Below, piece after piece: positions 14,645 to 26,962 of a stretch of 64,000 bases of DNA. Each line of letters starts with the position of its first letter. Positions within the stretch are counted from its first letter, which is position 1. The stretch lies in assembly GCA_021613535.1 (NCBI GenBank), contig CP075492.1, positions 2,294,001 through 2,358,000 on the forward strand. Direction: 5' to 3'. The position numbers and the translations under genes are program-made. Below the pieces are notes generated by a model. The model did not search any database. It was not told where the DNA came from and was given only the letters and a program-made list of their open reading frames with translations. The DNA is from Adineta vaga. Lineage: Eukaryota; Animalia; Rotifera.

Positions 14645-15720
14645 TTTGACGTAGGATATCTTAGTATAGGATTCGAGTTTTTTCCTCTACGATTCGGCCA
14701 ACGACTGGTTCCAACTCTGATCTCACTGGTTCCAAGTAGATCTCGACGAGCTCTATCGATTCCAAAAAAAACAAATTTCAATATCTCCTTTCAAACCCCT
14801 GAAAAACCCAAAATACTGGTAAAAAACGGTAAAAATGTTACAATATTTTGGTAAATCCTACTGGGATTCGGCCAACGACTGGTTCCAACTCTAACCGCTC
14901 TGGTTCCAGATAGATCTTAACGAGCTCTATCGATTGCACACATTATTTTTCCTGATATCTGTTCCCAAACCCCTCAAAAACCCAAAAAACTGTCAAAAAC
15001 TCCAAAAAATTTCGTAGAACCTTCTGGGATTCGGCCAACGACTGGTTCCAACTCTGTTCTCAATGGTTCTAGATAGATCTCGAGCTGCTCTATCGATTGC
15101 ACATATTATTTTCCCCTGGAACCCTTCGGAAACCCCCCCAAAAAACTAATTTAATGCCGAGAACCGTCCAAAAAATTCTGAAACCTCGTATTTTTCTCGG
15201 AAATCCGATTCCAAGCCGCTTCGAGAACTAATCTCAACGGTTCCAGTTAGATCTCGATGAGCTCTACCGATTCCACATCTCATTCACCAATTTTGATGGA
15301 TCCATCACCGAGAAAAGTACTAATTTATAACAACATGCTATAGTCACCTATAGCAACGTCACTGATTGGCTAATTCAAGTCAACCATAAAAAATTAAGAA
15401 AAAAAAAGATGTCATTTTTTTTCACAAATGAAAGATATATTTGTTGCATCGATGAGTCATACATATGAGATGATGTTAGCTAGCTAAAATCTGATTGGTT
15501 GTATTGTTTCAACCAATAAATAATAAAAATGCAATATATGGCGGAATTTATTAAATTTTTTGTTTTTGAACATAAAAATAATTTTATTTTAATTCTAGAT
15601 GATATTTATGAATGAAATTTGTAAAAAATAATTTTTTTGAATAGTTTTATTTTAAATAAATAATCTTTTTTAAATTAATTGTATTTTCAAAATAAATATT
15701 TTAAACGATATTCAGAGATG
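14645..15720 (+). repeat. Left terminal inverted repeat with internal tandem ~165-180-bp units
   Basis: GATTCGGCCAACGACTGGTTCCAACTCT at 14691, 14865 and 15028, plus a degenerate copy at ~15207. Followed by a CCAAT-containing segment and an AT-rich segment. Confidence 0.95.
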
Positions 15721-16320
15721 ATATTCTAGAAATTATTTTTTTTGGGCAAATAAGATAATTTCTTTTTGCAATAAATACTTTCTGTTTCTAATGATATTTT
15801 GCTATGAAATTAAAAACTTTTTTCTACGAATAGTTCAGAAGCTTTTAATCAATTAAGACTTGTGAAAGTTGAGGTTTCAAAGCAAATTCTTATTCGGAGT
15901 AAAAGAAAAATATTTTGAGTTTGAAACTAATTGTTTTTTTTTTCAATTAATCTGATTTGAAAAGATTATTTTAGTTTATTTTTATGATGTTTCAATTCTT
16001 GTATTTGTTTAGCTAGGAAAGAATTTTAAATTTTGAAATATTTCTGACATAATTTAGTGACGTGTTATGCTCCAATGCCCTTAAGATGATGTATGTTCTT
16101 GTAATCGATCAAATATGTCAGTTTTACCAAAGTGTGAATATAGCTAGAGGATATTTTTTAGACTTATGTTTCGCAACTCGTATCTGGCTTCGAGGCCTAT
16201 TCGATTATTATCTTACACATATCTTATGTGTAATACAGAAGGACAAGAGGAATTATTATATACGAGCAAACATTTATTATTAACAACAGTACACGTGGAT
16301 GAATTCAATCAAGAAAAAAA

Positions 16321-17949
16321 TCAAAAATTAATAATGTCATCGATTTCAGAATGGAGATTGTTTACTTCCTTTTGTAGTTTATATTTCATAAATTTGAAAA
16401 TGTAAACGGTCATTATGATCAGAATCAAACAGATGAAACCTAAGATATAAGTTGTAAGCTCATGAATGGTTTGATATAATGTTTTTTTCTTTATATTGAA
16501 TGCACTGAATAATTCTTTTCTTGATTTGTCCATTTGTTCATAATATGATGATAAAATTATATCCGACATATCTTTGACAGGTAAAATAGTGCGAACTGGA
16601 GTATTTTTATTTGAATCAAAGTTAGATTTTATAATAACTTTGTTCATCCGACATGGTTCGACAGGTAATTGAAAGTTCGTGCACGTTATTTTTCTATCAC
16701 ATGACATGTCGACAATTGCTGGTTGTGTAATAGATATAGTTTCTGGTAATTCATTTGTTTCAGAATGAGAATGTATTTGACAATATAAGGTTTGGTATAC
16801 ATTGTGAAACAACCACCAACCCTCAGCAACATGTAAGGCATCTTCTTGTATATTTTTTGATATACTTACTGCACATAAATTTGTAGCTAATTGATTTTCA
16901 TCGAACAATTGAAATAAACATGATGGATTTAACAATGACATTGAAACAGGTTTATGTTGACACAAAATAATAGTAGAAAAAATACAATTTTGTATATCTG
17001 AATCATCATTCCAAAGAACTAGTTTTTTATCAACGGTATTAATTCCAACTAGTTTCGGAAGATTTGTGTAAATAAATTTAGTATAATTATAACTAATTGG
17101 TAAAGGTATTAGTTTGTAAACAGAAAATGTTGACACATGATCAGCTGGAGTTCTTAAGAAAACTGTTGAAATAACAAGACAAGGATGAATTGTTGACGAA
17201 TCATGCTGGTTTATTGCACAATACGGTAAACCATATACCACTTGTCCAACAACAAGCTGAGTAAAAGAATTTAATAAACTTTTAACATTTGATTGCCTTT
17301 GCAATGTATTAGAATTTGAAAATATTGTGGATAAAAATATATCCAACTCAGTTGAAGATAAATAATCAAAATCTATCTTGTGACTGCTAATACGTTGAAT
17401 GATTATCTCTGCAGCTGTTGAACGAACACGAGGAACATCTGAATGAATGTCGAGTACATTGTTAGTTGCTGATGGTACCAGTGCTTTATCATCATGATTC
17501 TGATGATGAAACCGGTTATTTATAAAGTGAATGTTGCCTTTTTTGCTATCGATAAGTTCTCCTGGATTATATTGTGTAAGTATACGATCTATATCATGAC
17601 GTACTAATTTTGACACAGCATCTTTATCATAAGAAAATAATTTGTAGACTGTATCATGAGGTGTCATAACAACGGCCAGTTCAAACATATTTGCTGCTCT
17701 TAATTGAGTATTTTGTATACATACATCCACATTAGGTGATGCAATACACAAATCATTTAGAGAAACAAAAGAATGGACGATTTGTTCTTCGACGTTTGGT
17801 GAGTACACACCAAGACGTCGAAGAGCATAACCTTTCTTAATATTGATGATGATGTCGTTTTCTGGTAACTCTTGTAATGATACAAAAGACATAATTTGAA
17901 CCAAGTCCATTATGATGTACATAATGAGTGGTTTTCTAATAATAATCAT
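16321..17949 (-). CDS. Env-like / baculovirus-F-like class I membrane fusion glycoprotein (intronless; likely start Met 17949, ORF open to 18078)
   Basis: Hydrophobic N-terminus. F/gypsy-env-like motif FSVYKLIPLPI followed by C-x7-C-x13-C-x14-C spacing and WWLF...C. Helical segment before a single C-terminal TM (TYILGFICLILIIMTVYIF) and a short tail. Confidence 0.7.
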   Translation of the reverse strand: MIIIRKPLIMYIIMDLVQIMSFVSLQELPENDIIINIKKGYALRRLGVYSPNVEEQIVHSFVSLNDLCIASPNVDVCIQNTQLRAANMFELAVVMTPHDTVYKLFSYDKDAVSKLVRHDIDRILTQYNPGELIDSKKGNIHFINNRFHHQNHDDKALVPSATNNVLDIHSDVPRVRSTAAEIIIQRISSHKIDFDYLSSTELDIFLSTIFSNSNTLQRQSNVKSLLNSFTQLVVGQVVYGLPYCAINQHDSSTIHPCLVISTVFLRTPADHVSTFSVYKLIPLPISYNYTKFIYTNLPKLVGINTVDKKLVLWNDDSDIQNCIFSTIILCQHKPVSMSLLNPSCLFQLFDENQLATNLCAVSISKNIQEDALHVAEGWWLFHNVYQTLYCQIHSHSETNELPETISITQPAIVDMSCDRKITCTNFQLPVEPCRMNKVIIKSNFDSNKNTPVRTILPVKDMSDIILSSYYEQMDKSRKELFSAFNIKKKTLYQTIHELTTYILGFICLILIIMTVYIFKFMKYKLQKEVNNLHSEIDDIINF

Positions 17950-18346
17950 TTCGACAATATTGTAGAAGAATAATTGAAACAATTGATAGGCTATGAGCAA
18001 GATATATGTAACGCAAGAAATAAAGAATAAATTCTTTTCGTTATTTCTCTTTTGAGTATTCAATTTATAGATAGACATTATATATACAAAAGTGTATGAG
18101 AGATTTTATGAAAAAAAGATCAAAATCGATTGGTCTAAAAGAATTGATCAGATATAGTCATAACCAATCAGCAAATGTTTTGAATATGAGCAGATAAAAT
18201 AATTATTTACGTTACGAAAAAAGAAGATGTTAATCTTATATTAAAGAGAATTAGTTCAACATAGTGTAACTATTAATTTATTCATAAATAAATAAACGAA
18301 AAAAATAAATAACAATTGATTATTTTGAATTAATAACAAGAAAAAG

Positions 18347-18904
18347 TCAAACAATAGATTCATCCAAGAACGAATGTGCGATTATTTGATCGAGGACAAC
18401 TTTTCGTTCTAAAAATTAAAAAAAAGTCATTTCTACAAAACATTAAGAATTCTATTTACGTTGATTAATTTCTCGACGTCGACCATATTCTGTTGGTGAT
18501 TTTATTTTGTACCAATTTTTCTAAAATAAAAGATATAATCACCTAGATATATAAGTATAATGTGAGTCTCACTTTGCATTTGCCCTCATTTTGATAGCAT
18601 TTCTTTCCGAAATACGCAGCGATTGAAAGAAATACTGAAATAATTAAAAGCATTAGTGGATAAAGGGATTTGAATAATTCAGTTAAATCTTGAATTGTAT
18701 TCTTCGAAATTCGATCAGGAATAGGAGAAGATAACATAGTTATTGTACTATTAATGGATTTTTTTTGATTTTTTTTCAATTTATAGAGTGGTTGAAACTA
18801 AAAGAATATAAATTTATAAAATAAAATCAATAATATAAATATATATTTACAGATAATGAAGATATCATGAGAATATAAGAACAGAACATAATGCATTTGA
18901 ACAT
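18347..18904 (-). CDS. Small type I membrane protein, 4 exons, ending ...FLDESIV
   Basis: Spliced in frame via GT-AG introns: signal-like MFKCIMFCSYILMISSLS / FQPLYK..., TM LYPLMLLIISVFLSIAAYF, then GKKC.../KNWYK.../QRKVVLDQIIAHSFLDESIV*. Confidence 0.65.
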
Positions 18905-19708
18905 GATGAATGTATAACTTATTTCTATCGTGTGTTCTAACGTTTTATGGATTTATGTCTTTTATACAAGAAAATTCAATGTTATATGTAATTGTCTATG
19001 AATGTAATTGATTTGTATGAAACAATATCAAAGAGTTTATAATTAATAACTTATACATGTACTTTTTTTTATTGACCTCGTGTCCTTCGCTTCTTTTATG
19101 TTCCGTCCAACACGACAATCAATTTTAAGCCGTCAAGAAATTAAAAACATACATTTTATGCACAGTTATACAATAATTATCTTCACGCTGACATGTATCT
19201 TTTAGTACTGTTGAGATTATTTGTTTAATGATAAACAGATGGGTTATTGGAAATGACAATATGAATGCTTCTATTCAGCATGTTTTTTGTACAAAATAAA
19301 TTGAAGTTGTGCACTTTCTATATAACTGATCATGTGAAAATTTTATCTAATAAGTAGATGTTTCCAGTGATATCTATCTTACTCATACGGTTTATAAATT
19401 GCCGGTCGTATAATCAATCATTCTCTCTACATCTCTCATATTATGTTGTCATTCTTCTTTGATGAGATGATATTTTCATTTACACGGAGGTGTGCATACG
19501 TAAAGATAGACAATCAACTGCATCAAAGATGCGATTGAAATCGATATGTATAATTCTTTTAGTATGGACTTATTTCTGACGTTTCATTTTAAATAAACTT
19601 GATACTTCGTTATTTATTAAACATGGTTTAGTCTATATAACTTTATTACACACAACATTACAACAAAAATGTAGTCAAAATGAAAAATGTACAGCAATAA
19701 CATAGTCA

Positions 19709-22700
19709 TTAAAATGTATATATTTGGGTGTAAATACCAAATTCAACTAAGTCAGTTGATGGTCTCCCTTGTCGTATACCTTTTTGATCATCAAAATAAT
19801 AGTACATATTATCTGTTCCAATGACAGTTGCAGTAAAATGAGCTGATTTATGATGTATTACAGCGCGTAGTTTATATCTAGAAACATGAATTGTGTGGAG
19901 ATTGAGGGAAAAGTATAAATATTTAATGTCTTACTCTACTGAACCTATTTTCACAATATTTTTCATATCACGTAATCTAACATGATTGGCATCATATCCT
20001 TCTTCATCACGTTTAGCGAGTGGTTTAATACTAGCAATGATAATTGGCGGATGACAAAAGTCAAAAGTAGCTGTTGACGTGATATTAATTTGATCACATA
20101 TCCAACTTTCTCTATTGAAAAAAACAAAAATTAAAATTAATAAAAAGTCAAGAAAAGATGCATACACATATCCACTTTCATTTGTATGACAATTGATGAT
20201 AGGCACTCTGCCAAGTTTGTATCTTCGTTCAGTTGCTTCAGCGTGTGAAATTTCATTTAGTTGTTTGATGACAGTTGAACATGTCCCAATAAATTCGTTT
20301 TCAAATTGTTCAAAAGAACTATCAGTAGCGCTATAAAAGCTTAAATATATAAAAATAATTATCACAAAATATATACTTACAACAAATCTAATTCTGTCGA
20401 AGTGAAATTTCGTTGTCTTTGAGGACAATCAACTCTTTCACACGAAGCTTGTCTTGAATAACGTTGAGCATCTTTGATAAAGCAAAATATTCTTTCATCT
20501 ACTGAACCGAATAAACTTTTAGGTTGTTTATCCGTTGGTCGCAGAATATGATTATGAAGTATCCAACGAATACGAGCTGCATCCCAACCCTCTGTTTCAA
20601 CTGTTCGAAATACTTCGACAAGTGTTGAATAAGGTGATGGTGAAGGAGCGCTATCAAATTCTGTCGCTACCTATGTATCTGTTCGGTATATAAAATACAA
20701 TGAAAATAAAGCTGAATCCAGAGCGCATGTAAGAGTAAAACTGTAGTGTTGACCTAAAATATGTTTCATAAATCACTGATTTTGATGAATTTCATAAGTT
20801 TTATCCTTCAATTACCATTGAAAATTGCGTTATTTATTTCAAATTTAGGCCACCGCAGGAGAACACCATCAATTAGCTCTTCTAGTTGCTGTGATGATTG
20901 ATTTGTTTTTGGTATCATTTCTATGATAAGAATGTCTTTTTATTTGAAAGTGTTAATTTTAACACTTACTGCTATCCATTGGATACATCGTATTGATGAT
21001 GATGGACACATTCTTGCTGTCATCGAACTCAGATGCATTTGAAATTTCGCTTTTCTGATCATCCGAGATTGATTGATCTAAATTGACTGGAATATCTAAG
21101 GAACAATTATTACTTATCATCGAAACAGCGTCGGGTAAAGGAGATATAGATACGAGATCGTTGTTTCTAGGTGAAGACGGTCCACTAGAATAAAGGATAT
21201 TTCATGACATTTTTTATTAAGATAATTAATCTTACATTGAATCGATTTTGCCATCTGGGATACTAGAAAGTGTTGATGATTTACTTGACGAGGAACTCAT
21301 TGCGTCATCTTCTGGTTCACTAAAAAACAAACACAGAAATATTTGAATTTTAATAAGACCTTTTTGTTCTACCTGGTTTGTTTCGTTGTATCATCGAATT
21401 TTACTGTAACCTTTTTCATTTGTTTACGTTTGGCGAAAAATTTGTCTACCAGACCAGTGTAAACAGCTGCACGAATTTTACCGACACCTTTTTTATGCTT
21501 TTCTACGGCTGTTATATCTCTTTTTTTTCTTTTTCTTCCTTTTGAACTTTGTGTTACTTCGAATTTAATGCCTTTAAATTGAATTTTAATGCTTCGATAT
21601 AATTCTCGGATTATTGTGCCTGGTCGATTCTTAACTTTTTGTTGTAATATACTTGTTTTTAATGTACGAAAATAGCTTTCAATAACAGCATTCGAATGTC
21701 GAAGAGGACAATACATTGTAGATGCATCGGGTTTGACGTTATTTGAATATCGTTCTTCGAAATCCCATAATAAACCTGTCCATAAGGGTAAATACGCCCA
21801 CCATCTATAAATAATACGTACAATTGATCGAGAAAAGATAGGATTAACGATATCATTGAATTTTGATTTAATGTTGAAAATTTTTTTAAGAATTGGATAA
21901 CGACGTATAGCCTCTATGTTGAAAGGTGATTGATGAATAATAGGACCATTCGAACGAAGATATTGATCTACAGTCTCTAGTTCATCATTCTCTTCTGCTT
22001 CATCACATATTTTGTCTTTATCTGATAACATTGTAACACTTTCTTCATCAACTTGCAATTCAAGAGAGAGCATATCTTCTAAGATTTGTTCAGCGTTTTC
22101 TTCATCTGGATTACCGAATATATTAATCAGTGAACCAAGAATATCATATAATTGTTCAATATCATTACTGCATAAGATAAAAGCAAATACATGTAATAGA
22201 TTTCGTCGAATTTTTTTATCTATTTTTTCTTGAGTTAAGCTTCTTGCTATAGCATGAATAACATGACAGCAACATAAATGTATATATGGTAATGATCGTA
22301 CTTCTATATTATTGTATTTTTTTAATATAACATTCCAGCATCGATTTAAATGAGTAACAATGTTTTCTCCATTGAATGCCATAAGAATTGAATTCATAAG
22401 AGCGGCAGAGAAATCAATAACAAAAAAAGATGGAAGAACTAATTTTTTCTTATAATTAGTAATACAATGGGCCACATTTCCTAAAAAATATCCAATACTA
22501 GGAACAGTATTGTCTGTAAGGATTGCGTGTGCAAGTGGAATATTATTAATAGGATCTGATCCATCCTTGAAAATAATTGCATAAAGTAATAGTGGACCTT
22601 GATCTTTTAATTTTAGTATTACGCCACTAGTAGCATCTACATGAACAAAGGAATATTTTTCTCTCTGACAATATTGAATATAACGTTCAATTTGCCGTTC

Positions 22701-23970
22701 CGAAAACAAGTGTACACGATATGGAATCTCGCCTACAACTTGAACATAACCTGCGAAAATAAGAGAAAGGTGAATTAATATCTTCTTTTTTTTCGTCAAT
22801 ATGGTTCGCTTACCTTCAGCTGTGGTCGATGTTATATCAGCCGAACGATAACTATAAGAGAGAATACGACACTCTCGATAAACATCTTCGTCTATTTCAA
22901 ATTCTACACGATAATCAACCGCTGCCTTCTTGTGTATTTCAATTGTTTCACATCCAGTAAAATTTCCAGCTTCGAGCAATTTTTCGTCGGCAGCTTCTAA
23001 ACGTTCATGAAATACTGCCAAAGGACCAATTTCATTTGCTCGTTTTCCTAAATTGAATATTTCAAAATAGTGGATATTTTAAAAATGAATATTAATGTGT
23101 CATACCAACACGAAGACGTTCTTTTCCCTTGAGTTGACGTGACATAATTACAACAGCAGGATCATGATTTTCTTCACCAAAGATTCGTAAACGAAATAAT
23201 GGCGATGCATTCATGTCTGTTTCATCTTGAAGTATAGCCCGATATGATCTTGTACAATTAGGATTAGTACAAGCAGCACAAAACCAGAAATAGCTGCACG
23301 AATGTTTTCTTTCGCCTTCTTTGATATGTTTATTTCCGAAGCGTAACACACATGTAATGCCGCATGTTTTTTTCATTTTATCGTCAAATATTTCGGTCCA
23401 GTCATCATTCAACTTGGTTTGTGTATAACTAAATGCAGCTTTCCATTCGCTGGCAGTTAAGACAAACGATGTTTCAGTAACATCTGAACCATCGACAAGG
23501 TTATCATTGTCCTTTGCTTCTTTATGAAAACGCGTCTTTGGATGTTCAGGGAGTGGTTCTGATGTAATGCAGTGTAAGTCTGAATTGCCTTTTTTTTTAT
23601 TACATTTTTTCTTTGCTCCATTGATATCATTACCTTCTCCGTTTATATTTATAATTCTATCTTGTGGTTTTAGTTTGTTGTCAACAAGTGGCCTAATATC
23701 CTGACGTTCCAAATTCCAGACATTATACAAAGAATGCCGTAATTGTTCAGTATGATTAATTTTTGCTTTTTTAGGATGATTAACTTTTAATTGTTCGATA
23801 ACTTCATACCAAAGAGAAGTTGATAATTTTGTTACATCATTCAAACGCCACGTTTCACCTTCAAGTTCATTAATACGTGATCCAAGAGATGCAATAGCAA
23901 CTGCTAATTGTTCCACAGTAAATATTGACCAAATATTTTCTTTATTTGCTTTTGATTTTACTTTATTCAT
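19709..23970 (-). CDS. MULE (NOF-FB-like) DDE transposase with C-terminal USP/papain-like cysteine protease domain; multi-exon, one in-frame TAG at 20671-20673
   Basis: WRKY/GCM1-like C-x4-C...H region; VHVDATSG, FVIDFSAAL, HLCCCH (CxxH) and SNAVIESYFRTLK match the Mutator DDE pattern. Distal exons give TCALDS (Cys box) and YKLRAVIHHKSAHFTA...YYYFDD (His box). Confidence 0.8.
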
Positions 23971-24654
23971 TGTTTTACTATCACAAATATAGACAAATTA
24001 TCAAGAACAAATTTTACCTGATTAAATAAGACTGGTGATTCAAATTATGATTCCATGAAATTTTTTGTATTGGTTGATCAACTGAGAATATATTTATATG
24101 AAATACTTTTTTTCTCGGTATTTATATCATTCAGAAATTTTTCATCATCAATCATAATCTCGATACGATCATTCCCAACATATCTTTATTAACATACAAT
24201 GAGCAGAATCACCTATCCATCTCAATTGATTATTGATCATAGTTTGGGATATCGCTTTGATCATCAATCATATACGATCGCTATCTGTCATGACACACAA
24301 TGTGACAGAAAAGAGTATCCCCTCCCCTTTTATCCACATATATACGGATGAATTCTATTTGTTTTTCAATTAACAGTTAAAAGAAGCACCTATCTTCTCT
24401 ATAGATATACCTCGGGTAACGAAAGTCTAAAGCTGCATAGAAAATATATGATCAGAGCAATAAAGATAAGATGCCAAAGTAACAATATGAATACACAAAT
24501 TCCAAAAAAAGCCGCCCTTTGTAACAAGATGTCACTTCTACGAATACTCTTATTCTTCTGATGTTCTACTATTATAAAAGCAAGGAATAAAACATTCAAA
24601 AATAATTTCAGTTGATTTTTTTTTCGAGTTATTTCGAAAAAATAATTCGTAAAA

Positions 24655-25732
24655 TATCACCTCAAAATATCGTTTAAAATATTTATTTTGAAAATACAAT
24701 TAATTTAAAAAAGATTATTTATTTAAAATAAAACTATTCAAAAAAATTATTTTTTACAAATTTCATTCATAAATATCATCTAGAATTAAAATAAAATTAT
24801 TTTTATGTTCAAAAACAAAAAATTTAATAAATTCCGCCATATATTGCATTTTTATTATTTATTGGTTGAAACAATACAACCAATCAGATTTTAGCTAGCT
24901 AACTTCATCTCATATGTATGACTCATCGATGCAACAAATATATCTTTCATTTGTGAAAAAAAATGACATCTTTTTTTTTCTTAATTTTTTATGGTTGACT
25001 TGAATTAGCCAATCAGTGACGTTGCTATAGGTGACTATAGCATGTTGTTATAAATTAGTACTTTTCTCGGTGATGGATCCATCAAAATTGGTGAATGAGA
25101 TGTGGAATCGGTAGCGCTCATCGAGATCTATCTGGAACCGTTGAGATTAGTTCTCGAAGCGGCTTGGAATCTGATTTCCGAGAAAAATACGAGGTTACAG
25201 TATTTTTTGGACGGTTCTCGGCATTAAATTGGTTATTTGGGGGGTTTCCGAAGGGTTCCAGGGGAAAATAATATGTGCAATCGATAGAGCAGCTCGAGAT
25301 CTATCTAGAACCATTGAGAACAGAGTTGGAACCAGTCGTTGGCCGAATCCCAGAAGGTTCTACGAAATTTTTTGGAGTTTTTGACAGTTTTTTGGGTTTT
25401 TGAGGGGTTTGGGAACAGATATCAGGAAAAATAATGTGTGCAATCGATAGAGCTCGTTAAGATCTATCTGGAACCAGAGCGGTTAGAGTTGGAACCAGTC
25501 GTTGGCCGAATCCCAGTAGGATTTACCAAAATATTGTAACATTTTTACCGTTTTTTACCAGTATTTTGGGTTTTTCAGGGGTTTGAAAGGAGATATTGAA
25601 ATTTGTTTTTTTTGGAATCGATAGAGCTCGTCGAGATCTACTTGGAACCAGTGAGATCAGAGTTGGAACCAGTCGTTGGCCGAATCGTAGAGGAAAAAAC
25701 TCGAATCCTATACTAAGATATCCTACGTCAAA
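24655..25732 (-). repeat. Right terminal inverted repeat of the MULE/Foldback element
   Basis: Reverse complement of 14645-15720 with only a handful of mismatches seen by eye. Confidence 0.95.
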
Positions 25733-26677
25733 ATAATAGGGAAAAAAAACATTCTTATCAGAAAATATCTTTTGTAGAATTTGTTGTTGTTCATGGTATA
25801 ACGGAGTTTTGTTTGTTGAATCTAATGAAATTAATCACAATAGTAAACTAATCGAAAAGAGTTGTTAAATCAATCGTTTTTATAACAACCGCAAAAGAAT
25901 TGATCTTAATCATACGTATTATTTTTTAGTTTTTCTCAACAAACATGATGTTTGTTTTCTAAGACAGATATTTTATTCATATTTGTATATTAATTCAAAT
26001 AGTTAGAAGAAATAGGAATGATGGATTATTCAGTCAAATATCTTTTTAATATTGAATCATATACAGTAAATGTTTTTTTTTCTCATCTAACTTTTTCTCT
26101 CAGCCGTCCCCTGCTCATTATAAATAAGTAAACTGGAGTGTACTTTCATTACGGTTTATATGAGGTTATAATAATTCTAAAATTCATTGATACTCCATAA
26201 TATTCTGACGTCAATTATTCAGATGTAGAAAGGTATGAAGCAGGTTTATAGATTTATATAGAAATGTGTATGAGACTGAATATTGGCTTGTTTTGGTTGT
26301 CTTAAAAGTTACCGCTAGCTTTTAGAAATATACTGTTCCTAAATATTCTTGGGAATTCTTCTTTTTTTTATAAATGTGACAATGGAAAAAGAGATAATTG
26401 GAAAGTAAATTTGATCATCGATATTTAATGAGTTTGTTTGACGCGTTGATTAGATTGTTGAAGCAAAAGATCGTTGCAATAATGAATGACTCATATAATT
26501 AGATTCTTTCATGGGCAATATTTTGAGAACAAATTGAATAGCTTTAACAGCAGCTTTAAATTTCATCAACATTGATGTAAATATCAATGAGAAAAAAAAA
26601 TCAAATAATAGTTTATTTGATATACAATAATTTATTGATAAATAAATAAATTAATATATAGAACAATATGAAAAAAT

Positions 26678-26714
26678 GTCGACGTTTCGAGGAGAACTCC
26701 TCATTATCAAGACA
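26678..26714 (-). ncRNA. Second copy of the hammerhead ribozyme in the inverted pLTR
   Basis: Exact reverse complement of 29762-29798. Confidence 0.72.
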
Positions 26715-26962
26715 AGATGTTAAATGATTCACAAACAAAGGAATGAGAAAAAAACACACATATTCTATCTCCAATCAAAACTTTCACGAACACCTTCACG
26801 ATGAATTTTATCTATTTCCATTCACTTTCACATCAATTTTACTTCACGACAGCTTATTCACAAACATTCTATTCGAGACGAAACGTACGAATACTTTTCT
26901 TTTCTTTTTCGTTTCTTTCTCTTTTTCTTTCATCTCAATGAGTCACTAAACATATGATCTAG

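Larger units (their letters stand above)
14645..25732 (-). mobile_element. ~11.1-kb Foldback/NOF-like Mutator (MULE) element with ~1.07-kb TIRs and three co-oriented genes
   Basis: 14645-~15720 is the near-perfect reverse complement of ~24655-25732 (ends TTTGACGTAGGATATC / GATATCCTACGTCAAA). Both ends are flanked by ATAA. Encodes a MULE-type transposase. Confidence 0.9.

Noticed and set aside
14645-25732. Polinton/Maverick or LTR retrovirus interpretation of the long-repeat element
   Set aside because: The repeats are inverted, not direct. No PolB, integrase, ATPase, capsid, gag or RT is present, and the transposase motifs are Mutator-type.
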